Origin: Chiloscyllium plagiosum
Taxonomy: Eukaryota
Direction: 5' to 3'
Assembly (NCBI RefSeq): GCF_004010195.1
Contig: NC_057719.1
Coordinates: forward strand, 4,327,865-4,389,202
Length of the DNA stretch: 61,338 nucleotides
Shown: in pieces, positions 37,605 through 49,800 of the stretch
Position numbering within the stretch: position 1 is the stretch's first letter
Layout of the letters: every line of letters starts with the position of its first letter
The notes under the pieces: model-generated
Told to the model about the DNA's origin: nothing
What the model saw: the letters and a program-made list of their open reading frames with translations, nothing else
Database searches by the model: none
Translations under genes and position numbers: made by a program

Positions 37605-38240
37605 CACAAATGCCAGGTAATGACCAGCTCCAACAAAGACAGAAACAAACCATCACCCCTTGACATTCAATGGTGTCACCATCACTGAACCACCCACTAT
37701 CAACACCCTGGGTTACCATTGAACAGAAGCTCAATTGGACTAGTTATATAGATACAGTGGCTACAAGAGCAGGTCACAGGCTAGGAATCCTGCAGTGAGT
37801 AACTCATCTTCTGCCCACCACCTACAAAACACAAGTCATCTGGTGGAATATTCCCCACTTACCTGGATGGGTGCAGCTCTAACAACACTCAAAAAGCACC
37901 TTGTTTAATCAATACCCCTTCCAACATGGATGATTGAAAATGTATTCACCATGTGCATATCTACAAGATGCTTTGACACACTCTCTAAACCCAAGACCAC
38001 TTCCATCCAGAAGGAGAGGAACAGTAGATACATGGGAGTACCACCATATGCAAGTTTCCAACCAAGGCACACACCATCCTGACTTGGAAATATATCACCA
38101 TTTTCACTGTCATTAGGTCAAAGCATTGGAATTCCCTCCCTCACAGCATTGTGGGTCCAATTGGACAGTGGCAGATCAGGAAGGTAGTTCATTGCTCAGT
38201 TCTCAAGGGCAATTAGGGAAAGGATAAATACTGCCAACAA
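37605..38240 (+). mobile_element. LINE-B 3' portion
   Basis: TTGACATTCAATGGTGTCACCATCACTGAA... is the reverse complement of the 23500 region; tail AAGGGCAATTAGGG. Confidence 0.85.
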
Positions 38241-39228
38241 TAAACAGAGTGGTGTTTGCAAAGAGTGCTGCTTTGTATGGTTGCAGAAGTTGTAAACTAA
38301 AGTAACTGGAATGAAATAAACCAGGCCAAAAACAATAAAAAGTGAAAAAGTAAAAGCCTAGGAAATTACCTTCGAAGTTCAGCTCTCTCTTCCACCGAAT
38401 GACCCCAGTGCAACTCTTGCTGTGTCTGCTAACACGCCCCAGTAAATCCCCTGCACTTTCACCTTCAGATGATACCCTGCTTATATCCCAGATTTATTCC
38501 AAGTCTCCAAAATTAAACAGCAACAGAGTGTCCATTGTGGTTCCACATGAACTGCATCTGCCAATTAATAATCTTCAATGCCCACTGTTGACAAGATGGA
38601 ATTAGCTGCATATTTTTGTTCAGAAAAAAAAAAAAATTCAACCTTCTACCCTCTCGAATGAGCCAGCCTTAATCCCATCCTTAAATTTGCTCTAAGTCAC
38701 TATACTTGGGAATTAGTCCCAGTTCTTTAGACCGCAGGGGCTGAGTGACAGAGGTGGGGGAGGGAAGGGTTGGGAAGGTTTCTCTGGAGGGGTTACAGGG
38801 TAGGTATGGGGGAAGGTGGGTAGCACCATCTGTTTTCGTAGAATGAAGGTAGCTTTGCTTTGTCCTGCAAGACTACCCCTGCCAATAAAAGCTTCCAAAA
38901 ACCTAGGAATTGATACAGAATTATAGTTAAGCCTTGGAATAATGATCCTCATTAGGTGTAACTGGAGCAGAGCAGGGATGAATCCAGTTATATATATAAA
39001 AAAATTAATACTGTACACTATAGCTCGCAGGAAGTATAGATGTAATTTAATGACTTTGGAATTTATGCTTTCAAACCTTAAATTCACTTTAACTCATTAA
39101 GTCCTGAACTGTCTCAATCTCCCTTTCTGCTATTTTTGGCAGAAATTTGCTCAACTCTATCCTTGCTCTCACGTCCCATTTTTACTATTTCTAAGATCGT
39201 GCTGTTTTATGAATAGAGTACAGTTCAT

Positions 39229-39370
39229 GTTAGTGCTAGGGTTAGGGTTAGGGTCAGTGTTGCATTAAGGGTCAGACTTACAGATCAGGCTAAAGTTAGG
39301 ATCAAAAATATGATTACATTAGGAACAGAGTTGAAAAAAGGATTAAGGGTTAGAATGAATGTTTAGGGTA
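39229..39370 (+). repeat. Degenerate (GGTTAG)n telomere-like tract
   Basis: CTAGGGTTAGGGTTAGGGTCAG at 39236-39257, with decaying 6-bp periodicity. Confidence 0.55.
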
Positions 39371-39414
39371 ATTGACTAGTTTACCATTGTGTAAGACTAT
39401 CTGATCACAACATA

Positions 39415-39752
39415 GTAGGAGGTGATAGTCTGGTGGTATTATCGCTGGACAATTAATCCAGCAATACAGATAATGCTTTAGAGATCTGCATTCAAATCCC
39501 ACATGGCATCCCACATTTGAATTCAATAAAAATCTGGAGTCCAAAATGAAATGTTGACCTTGAAGCTATTGCTAATTATTAGTGTGGAAAAAAATCTTAT
39601 TCACTAAAGATTTTGTGAAGGAAATCTGCCCTTACCTGTTCTGGCCTACTCCAGACCCACAACAATGTGATTGACTCTTTACTACCCCCTGGGCCATTAA
39701 GGATGGACAATAAATACTGGCCCAGCCAGTGGCGCCCACATCCTGTGAATGA
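39415..39752 (+). mobile_element. SINE-B
   Basis: Homologous to 12292-12650. Confidence 0.8.
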
Positions 39753-40759
39753 ATCTTTTAAAAAATGCAGGTTTAACTATAATATCCCCAGTACCCTGAT
39801 GGAAATAAACCTACTCAGCACAGGCTAAATTCAGAGTCGAGAGTGTGGTGCTGGAAAAGCGCAGCCAGTCAGGCAGCATCCAAGGAACATTTCAAGCGAA
39901 AAATCTTCATCAGGTTAAAATCAGACTACTGATCTGTTTGGGCTCAGTAGCTAGGCATCGACTTTACCCAAATGAGCTATTAAGGAACCCTCATCTTAAC
40001 TTTAACTAACTATTGTCTTTACCCAACCATAAATTACCTAGCTAAGCCATGAAGGAATCTTAACTTTTATTGTAACTAGCCAATGACATTGTAGGACTAC
40101 CCCCAACTCTCGCTCTGCCTCCGCCAATATGGGGGGCTGGGCCTAGATTCCAGAGCAGTTTTCGAAAGGAAATGGGAGGATTTCCAGAAGGAGAAATAAT
40201 TGAAGGAATGGAAAAAAAACAGAGAGCAGAATTAATTGGATTACTCTTCAAATGATCAATACAGATTCAGTGGACTGACTGGAATGTTCTATGATTCTAG
40301 GACCAGGATTTACAGGGCCGCATATCGAACAAGCCGGATGTTGGACAATGAAAAAGTCCTCAAGTCCGATCATCCTGAATACCAATCATATTGTTAGACT
40401 GTTAACCTACCTCATCTTCTAATTCCGTACCTCCCTTGTTTCTGTCCTCTGGATTACCTCTGGACTTGGATGAAACCTCAGCTGCATCACTACACAACCC
40501 TCCCTTTGCATGGACTGCTACTGATATCGGTTTCTGATATTGCCATTTTCAGTTCCTCTACATCAGAGTTGTCTCACAAAATGTCCTTGCCACCAAACAT
40601 ATGTTGATCAAATCATCATATTCACTACATTTGCAATATTCATGAAATCAACATGCAATCTAGTCAAAGTAGGTTTGAAGTTTTAACACCACCAGCAATC
40701 AAGACAGATGTACTCACTACCAGAGCCAAGGGAATAGTTCCAAACACTTTTGCAGTAAG

Positions 40760-41672
40760 ACCACCCTCCGCCCACCTACCTCCATATACATCGCATCATC
40801 CTCCGCCATTTCCGCCATCTACAAACGGACCCCATCACCAGAGATATATTTTCCTCCCTACCAATATCCGCTTTCTGTAAAGACCGTTCCCTCTTTGACT
40901 ACCTGGTCAGGTCCACGCCCCGACCGACGCACCCTCCCCTCCAAGCACCCTCCCCTGCCACAGCAGGAATTGCAAAACCTGTGCTCACACCTCCCCCCTC
41001 ACCTCCATTCAATGCCCCAAAGGACCCTTCCACATCAATCAGAGTTTTACCTGCTCTTCCACACATGTCATTTACTGTATTCGTTGCTCCCCATGCTGTC
41101 TCCTCTACATTGAGGAAACAGGACACCTTGTAGATCATTTCAGTCAATGTCTCTGGGACACCCACACCAACCAACCCCACTACCCCATGGCTGAACACTC
41201 CAACTCCCCGTTCCACTCTGCCAAGGACATGCAGGTCCTGGGCCTCCTCTATCACCAAAGCCTAATCACCCAATGCCTGGAGGAGGAACACCTCATCGAC
41301 TGCCTTTGAACCCTTCAACCACACAACATCAATGTGGAGTTCACCAGTTTCCCCATTTCCCCTCCCCCCACCTCATCCCTGTTCCGGCTTCCAGCTCAGC
41401 ACTGCCCTCATGACCTGTCCTACCTGTCCATCGTCCTTCCCACCTATCTACTCCACCCTCCCCTCTGACCTATCACCTTTACCCCATCTCCATCTACCTA
41501 TCACCCTCTCAGCTACCTTCACCCCAGCCTTATCCCTCCCTCCCATTTATCTCACTACCCCCTCGGCTCACATGCCTCATTCCTGATTATGGACCTTTGC
41601 CTGAAACGTCGATTCTCCTGCCCCTCAGATGCTGCCAGACCTGATGTGCTTTTCCAGCACCACACTCTCGAC
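40760..41672 (+). mobile_element. Penelope-like element: GIY-YIG endonuclease, C-rich 3' UTR and pLTR
   Basis: Translation FTCSSTHVIYCIRCSPCCLLYIEETG; ends with the pLTR family seen in the palindromic solo copies. Confidence 0.9.
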
Positions 41673-41822
41673 CCATTCCATTGCACAAGTTAATTCTATA
41701 GGCTCTCAAAGGATGGTGACGAGCTGTTAACTGTGTTTAGGGTTTCTGACGAGCTGTACCATTTTCTCTGGAAGAAACGCAAATTTATTCAAGAGTAAAC
41801 TCTATTTTATCAGAATTAATAT

Positions 41823-41880
41823 ACAAGGGATCCCCGATTTACAAACATCTGAATTACAAATGCTCATACTTGTGAACACA
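41823..41880 (+). mobile_element. Possible Tigger/pogo-like DNA transposon end
   Basis: TACAAGGGATCCCCGATTTACAAAC with repeated TTACAAA; no partner end found. Confidence 0.3.
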
Positions 41881-42024
41881 ATCCCACACAGAGGTGTAAA
41901 GACATATGAAAGGTTTCCTTATACTTACAAACAGCTATTTTATATTATCTTGCATTGTGTTTCCACTTGCACACAAAGTTAAAAATCACACAACACCAGG
42001 TTATAGTCCAACAGGTTTAATTGG

Positions 42025-42065
42025 AAGCACTAGCTTTCGGAGCGCTGCTCCTTCATCAGGTGATT
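42025..42065 (-). ncRNA. Minimal type I hammerhead ribozyme motif with intact core, in a PLE pLTR (41975-42065)
   Basis: Minus strand: AAUCAC-CUGAUGA-A-GGAGC(AGC)GCUCC-GAAA-GCUA-GUGCUU. Transcription and activity are not shown. Confidence 0.7.
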
Positions 42066-42099
42066 GTCAACATGGTAGCATGGTAGCTATCCACTGAGC

Positions 42100-42600
42100 T
42101 ACCATGCTGCCCAGGATTGGTAACCCCAGGATATTTATAATGGGCGACTCAATGATAGTAACACTGTTTAATGTCAAATGGTGGTGATCATCTTTTATCT
42201 TACTGGTGATGGTTGTTGCCTGGGATGTTGTGTGGCATAAATGCTACTTGCCCAGCCCAAGCCTGGATTATTGTCCAGATCTTGTTGCATTTGGACACGG
42301 ACAGCCTCAGTATCTGAGGAGATGCAAGTGGTGCTGAACATTGAACAATCAGTAGTGAACATCCCCACTTCTGATCTTATGATGGAAGGAAGGTCATTGG
42401 GCTGAGGATGCTACCCTGAAGGAAGATATCCTGGAGCTGAAATGACTGACCTCGAACAACCACAGTCACGCTCCTATGAACCAGATATGATTTCAACTAG
42501 CAGAGAGTTTGCCCCGATACCCGTTGATTCCAGTTTTGCTCAGGCTCTTTGATGCCACACTCTATTGAACGTGACTTGATGTCAAGGGCAGTCACTCTCA
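42100..42600 (-). mobile_element. LINE-B RT fragment
   Basis: CCCACTTCTGATCTTATGATGGAAGGAAGGTCATTG is shared with 7535 and 23840. Confidence 0.85.
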
Positions 42601-44856
42601 GACCTCGATTCACTTTGGGGTAACTGCAAGTTATGAAAAAGACGTCCTTTCATTAGTGTCCCCTGTGTCACCAGATGGGAAATCTTCTTGTTCAGAGGAA
42701 TCAGACCAGTGCGGCTGAAGGTTGGCGCTACTTTATCGTGTTTCACAGGGAGGGCCCACAGATCTAAAGTATCTCCAGACATTAGCAGAGAGGGAAATAG
42801 TGAAAGGAGCAAATGGTTCTGAACAAAGGTCAAATCGATCATAAATTGTTAACTCTCTCTCTCTCTCTCTCTCTCTACATGTGCTGCCAGACCTGCTGAG
42901 ATTCTCCAGCATTCTCTGTGCTTGTCTCAGATCTCCACCACTGTCCATATTTTGCCTTTAGTTGAAATTGACATCTTGTGGTGTGACCAGTTTGTAACTC
43001 CTGGTTAACAGCAATATCAACAGCATTGCCCATGTAAGACCCTGGTATCGCATGGAAAGACCTGACCGAGATGTGCAGCTGAGGCCCAGTCAGTGGTTAC
43101 CTGCTGGGCACTGGGACTGAGCAGGACAGACACTGATTATTCACAGGCTTCACCCTCCCCAACAGAGCGGCCACTACCAGGTGGAAAAAGATGATGGGGT
43201 CTACACAAAATGGACCTGTGGAAGTCCATGTAAAGATGACCTTTCAGAGGGGACACCAGCTAGTCTGGACAGCAAGGGATGATGCTTTTTCCTGCATGGA
43301 ACTCAGTCTCAGTAGGTCTGACAGAAATGCAGCCGATTCTTCCTTCTGCAATCTGGGATGGATGACAAATAACTGCATAGCACCTGACCCATCCTCACAC
43401 CCACCGCTGCATCTTTAACTCAGGTCAATGTCACAAGGCCCTGAAAATGGGCATTTTCAACTCCCCGCATGTATGGAGCTGTGCTGATGTAAAGCCTCTT
43501 GTGTTTCTTTACTCTCTACCACCCTCTCCTGCCTTGAACTAACATCTCCTCTGTCACTTATTCTCTTCCACCTTCCACATTGCGACAAACCTTCCCTTTT
43601 AGAGCTTTACTTTTCCACGTTCCTCTGCATAGATATTAAAAATTATTACCCCAACCCCCCCTCCCCAACATTTTTAAAGTTTGACAAAGGACATTCCATT
43701 GTAAGAATCACTCTGTCTGTCTCTTTCTCTCTCTTTATAGATGCTGCTTGCCTTGTTGAGTGTTTCCAGTATAATGCTTTTTTTTTGTTTTTCGTTTAAT
43801 TCCAGTACTCCAGGTGCTACTTAAGTAGATTGTGGCACAACTTCAGCATGAATTTTGGAGATGTGATCCGCACTTACTTGGCAAATGCAGTCCTAGCATC
43901 TTGTTCCATTTTAACTGCCTTGTGCTGTTCTACAAAGCGAGCATCCAGTCAGCTTTCAATCAGGAGCAGGAACCCTGGCTGATTTGATTTCCGAGCAGTG
44001 GAAAATTGGTTGGTATGTATATAAAAATAGTATCGAACATTAAACAAAAATCAGAGAGAGAGAAAAAAAAGGATTGCTTTATATCACAATCAAGCAATGT
44101 ACAGCAGCCAGGAGCAGCTAATATCAGGTTCTAAAATGAGGTCACTGAAATCACATTACAACGTACAAAATTCTCTCGTGAAAAACAGGTTTGCCAAGGT
44201 ATCGTCTTTCTCAAAAAAAAATCCAAACCATCACTCCTGATTTTTCCTCCTGAATTTGATGAAGTAATTTGCTCGAACCGTCAGCAGTAAACACAACGCA
44301 CGGCCATGGCACGGTATTTTGCTAACCATCCACATTTTATTAGATAAACCCACCTTGATCCTGTGTAATTATGCACTTAGGGGCATGAATTATCAGCCAA
44401 TTAAGCGCAGCAAAATTTACTTTGGCTCAGGTTGAGGTGAGGTATTTAATCTCAATGTTTCCCCTATATTGACTCCATCTCTGCTGGAGAAATTGCAGTG
44501 TGGAGACTGAATTGAAGGAGATTAATTCAAATCAGCAGCCTCTTGCAAATGATTTAAGCAATTTCTGGGCTCCTTGATGGTTCTGTGGGAGAGGAGCCAG
44601 AGTTTCTTTTTAAAAAAAAAGATATTTTTATGACTAAGTTGTTTTAGTGGGTGGGGGTGAGGAAAGCTTGAGGAATCTGATAAAGTAGTTAATGTCAGTT
44701 CACTGTCCCTTATTCCTGCACTCTATCAGGGCATTAGTTGGTACTCACTCCCCTCATTCTCTCACTCACTCTCCACAGCATTTGAGAGAGTGCTGCTCTG
44801 CATGAGGAGCTACCTTTCAAGTGAACTGTTAAACACAGTAGTCGAAAGTGTGGTGC

Positions 44857-46886
44857 TGGAAAAGCACAGCAGGTTAGGCAGTATCCGAGGAGCAGGAGAG
44901 TTGATGTTTCAGGCATAAGCCCTTCATTAGGAATGGGCTTATGCCCAAAACATTGATTCTCCTGCTCCTTGGATGCTGCCCGACCTGCTGTGCTTTTCCA
45001 GCACCACACTCTCAACTCTGACCTCCAGCGTCTGCAATCCTCACTTTCTCTGTTAAACTGGTGAGTGTCAGTTAATGATCTGCTCAACTAAACACTTACC
45101 TATGTCTTAAAACAGCTCCCCACTCCACATTAAAGCCAACACCCTCTTTTACCCTGATCATCACCATCAGTTTGCCTTTGGAGGGGGATAGTACGGTAAT
45201 GGTCATTTTGTCAGTTACTAACTGTCTAAACCAAACTTCCTGACCAATCACCTGGGCTCACATTCCACCATAGCAGATGGTGAAATATGAACTTAATCAA
45301 ATCCTGACGTTAGAAGTTCACTTACTGGCCCTTTTAGTGTAAATTTTGTGGTACAGGCACAATGGGCTGAAGGGCGTCTTTCGTGCTGTGTGATTGTATG
45401 AAGACTACGTAACCACTGTCAGTTGTTGTAAAAGCTGAACTGCTTCACAAATACCCTTTCAGGACAGAAATCTGTTATCCTCACCTGGTCTGACCCACCT
45501 GGGACTCCAGAATTGTCATTCATTTTTAACTATCCTGTGGGTAATTAGGGCTGACCAATGAATGATGGCTCCATGAACAATTTTTTTTTAAACTCACATG
45601 GTCTGGAATGGATTAGACTGAATTGTTGCAATACAGATGGAGGCCATTTGGCCCATTGTTGCTGTACCAGCTCATTACTGAGCATCATTACCTTAGGCCA
45701 ATCTCCTGCTTCTTCCCCATACCCCTGCATGTTATTTTTATACAAATAAGCATCCAAGGCCATTCAGCCCATTAACTCTGTTCTGCCATTCAGTGTGAGT
45801 ATGGCTGATCTGGTAATCCTCAATTCCACTTTCCTGCCTTTTTCCTCATAATCCTCAATTCCCTTCTGGAAAAGCACAGCAGGTTAGGCAGTATCCGAGG
45901 AGCAGGAGAGTTGATGTTTCAGGCATAAGCCCTTCATTAGGAATGGGCTTATGCCCGAAACATTGATTCTCCTGCTCCTTGGATGCTGCCCGACCTGTTG
46001 TGCTTTTCCAGCACCACACTCTCAACTCTGACCTCCAGCGTCTGCAGTCCTCACTTTCTCCTGTTAAACTGGTGAGTGTCAGTTAATGATCTGCTCAACT
46101 AAACACTTACCTATGTCTTAAAACAGCTCCCCACTCCACATTAAAACCAACACCCTCTTTTACCCTGATCATCACCATCAGTTTGCCTTTGGAGGGGGGT
46201 AGTACGGTAATGGTCATTTTACTAACTGTCTAAACCAAACTTCCTGGCCAATCACCTGGGCTCACATTCCACCATAGCAGATGGTGAAATACGAACTTAA
46301 TCAAATCCTGACGTTAGAAGGTCACTTACTGGCCCTTTTAGTGTAAATTTTGTGGTACAGACACAATGGGCTGAAGGGCGTCTTTCGTGCTGTGTGATTG
46401 TATGAAGACTATGTAACCACTGTCAGTTGTTGTAAAAGCTGAACTGCTTCACAAATACCCTTTCAGGAGAGAAATCTGTCCTCCTCACCTGGTCTGACCC
46501 ACCTGGGACTCCAGAATTGTCATTCATTTTTAACTATCCTGTGGGTAATTAGGGCTGACCAATGAATGATGACCTAGCCAGTGATGGCTCCATGAACAAA
46601 TTTTTTTTAAAAACTCACATGGTCTGGAATGGATTAGACTGAATTGTTGCAATACAGATGGAGGCCATTTGGCCCATTGTTGCTGTACCAGCTCATTACT
46701 GAGCATCATTACCTTAGGCCAATCTCCTGCTTCTTCCCCATACCCCTGCATGTTATTTTTATTCAAATAAGCATCCAAGGCCATTCAGCCCATTAACACT
46801 GTTCTGCCATTCAGTGTGAGTATGGCTGATCTGGTAATCCTCAATTTCACTTTCCTGCCTTTTTCCTCATAATCCTCAATTCCCTT
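44857..46886. repeat. Tandem duplication of a ~1.0-kb block (44857-45866 / 45867-46886)
   Basis: Both copies start (T)GGAAAAGCACAGCAGGTTAGGCAGTATCC and end AATCCTCAATTCCCTTC, with scattered substitutions and small indels. Confidence 0.95.
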
Positions 46887-49800
46887 CCTGATTCCCTTCT
46901 GTGGTAAAGAATTCCACAGATTTATGTCTCTCTGAGAGAAGAATTTCCTCTTCATCAGGTCAGAGAAGGTTCACTGGGATGGTCCCTGGGATAGAGGGAT
47001 TGTCTTATGAGGCAAGGCTAAACAGGTTGGGACTCTACTCACTGAAGTTCAGAAGAATGAGAGATGACCTCATTGAAACATATCAGATTCTTAAGGGGTT
47101 TGACAGGGTAAATATTGAGAGGATGTCTCACTCATGGGAGAGTCTAGGACCAGAGGGTATAGTCTCAGAATAAAGGGGCACCAATTTCAGACTGAGATGA
47201 GGAGGAATTTCTTCTCTCAGAGGGTTGAGAGGTTTTGGCACTCCTTGCCACAGAGAGCTGTGGGAGCAGAGTCCCTGTGTATATTTAAAGCTGAGAGAGA
47301 GAGAGAGAAATTCTTGATCAGTTGGGGAATCGAGGGAGAAAAAGCAGGAGATTGAGTATGAGGAATACTAGATCAGCCATGATTCTGCTGAAGAGTGGAG
47401 CAGGCTCAAGGGGTGAGATGGCTGACTCCTGATCCTATTTCTTGTGGTGTATGGTCTCTGACTAAATTGGGCAACTTTTTACCCTGAGATGATGCCTTCT
47501 GGTTTTAGGGTCTCCCACAAGGGGGCACAACCTTTCCATATCTATACTGTCAAGTCCCATAAAAAATATGCTTCAAAAAGGTCACCTCTCATCTTCCAAA
47601 TTTCAATGAATACGATCCCAATCTACTCAATCTCTCCCCATAAGACAGTCGCTCCGTATCCAGCGTCAGACTGGTGAACCTTTCCTGGACTGCCTCCAAT
47701 GCCAGTGTGATAAGGGGCCCAAAACTCTTCCCAATATTCTAACTGTAGTCTGACTAGTGTTTTGTTTAGGAGAAAGTGAGGACTGCAAATGCTGGAGATC
47801 AGAGTCGGGAATGTGGTGCTGGAAAAGCACAGCAGTCAGGCGGCATCTGAGGAGCAGGAGAATCAGCGTTTTGGGCATAAGCCCTTCATCACGATTCCTG
47901 AGGAAGGGCTTATGCCTGAAATGTCGATTCTCCTGCTCCTCGGATGCTGCCTGATTGCTGTGCTTTTCCAGTACCACACTCTCAATCCTAGTGTTTTGTA
48001 TACTGTTAGCAAGGCTTCCTTGCATTTATAAGGTAAAAACAATGACTGCAGATGCTGGAAACCAGATTCTGAATCAGTGGTGCTGGAAGAGCACAGCAAT
48101 TCAGGCAGCATCCGAGGACAGGCATTCAGCCCATTAACACTGTTCTGCCATTCAGTGTGAGTATGGCTGATCTGGTAATCCTCAATTCCACTTTCCTGCC
48201 TTTTTCCTCATAATCCTCAATTCCCTTCCTGATTCCCTTCTGTGGTAAAGAATTCCACAGATTTATGTCTCTCTGAGAGAAGAATTTCCTCTTCATCAGG
48301 TCAGAGAAGGTTCACTGGGATGGTCCCTGGGATAGAGGGATTGTCTTATGAGGCAAGGCTAAACAGGTTGGGACTCTACTCACTGAAGTTCAGAAGAATG
48401 AGAGATGACCTCATTGAAACATATCAGATTCTTAAGGGGTTTGACAGGGTAAATATTGAGAGGATGTCTCACTCATGGGAGAGTCTAGGACCAGAGGGTA
48501 TAGTCTCAGAATAAAGGGGCACCAATTTCAGACTGAGATGAGGAGGAATTTCTTCTCTCAGAGGGTTGAGAGGTTTTGGCACTCCTTGCCACAGAGAGCT
48601 GTGGGAGCAGAGTCCCTGTGTATATTTAAAGCTGAGAGAGAGAGAGAGAAATTCTTGATCAGTTGGGGAATCGAGGGAGAAAAAGCAGGAGATTGAGTAT
48701 GAGGAATACTAGATCAGCCATGATTCTGCTGAAGAGTGGAGCAGGCTCAAGGGGTGAGATGGCTGACTCCTGATCCTATTTCTTGTGGTGTATGGTCTCT
48801 GACTAAATTGGGCAACTTTTTACCCTGAGATGATGCCTTCTGGTTTTAGGATCTCCCACAAGGGGGCACAGCCCTTCCATATCTATACTGTCAAGTCCCA
48901 TAAAAAATATGCTTCAAAAAGGTCACCTCTCATCTTCCAAATTTCAATGAATACGATCCCAATCTACTCAATCTCTCCCCATAAGACAGTCCCTCCGTAT
49001 CCAGCGTCAGACTGGTGAACCTTTCCTGGACTGCCTCCAATGCCAGTGTGATAAGTTGCCCACAACTCTTCCCAGTATTCCAACTGTAGTCTGACTAGTA
49101 TTTTGTTTAGGAGAAAGTGAGGACTGCAAATGCTGGAGATCAGAGTCGGGAATGTGGTGCTGGAAAAGCACCTGTTCCCTGGATGCTGCCTGACCTGCTG
49201 CGCTTTTCCAGCAATACATTTCCAGCTCTGATCTCCAGCATCTGCAGACCTCACTTTCTCCTCCTGGAAAAGCACAGCAGTCAGGCAGCATCTGAGGAGC
49301 AGGAGAATCAGCGTTTCGGGCATAAGATCTTCATCACGATTCCTGAGGAAGGGCTTATGCCTGAAATGTCGATTCTCCTGCGCCTCGGATGCTGCCTGAC
49401 TGCTGTGCTTTTCCAGCACCACACTCTCAATCCTAGTGTTTTGTATAGTGTTAGCAAGGCTTCCTTGCATTTATACCCCATTCCTTTTGAAATAAAGGCC
49501 AACATTCCAATTCTTTCTATTGCATTTCCTTCACCATTAATGTTTGAATTTGTATGCAATTCATGCACAAAGACTTCCAAATTCCCCTGTCCTGAAACTT
49601 TCTGCAGTCTTTCTCCATTTAAATAGTATTCAGTTCCCCTATTCTTCTTACCAAAGTGCCTAACCTCACATTTCCCCAGATTATATTCCATCTGTCACCT
49701 TTTCCCACTCTCTTAATCAGGCTACATCCCTCTGCACATAATTTGTGTCATCCTCAATACCTGGCTTCTGACCTATTTTTATGTATTCCACAAACCTGGC

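Noticed and set aside
38365..38480. Possible minus-strand exon ending at a good donor (AAG|GTAATT)
   Set aside because: Stop codons in all three frames between the candidate acceptor and the donor.
42675..42725. Possible micro-exon (CACCAG|ATGGGA...GCTGAAG|GTTGGC)
   Set aside because: Weak donor, no recognisable peptide and no supporting neighbouring exons; needs RNA-seq.
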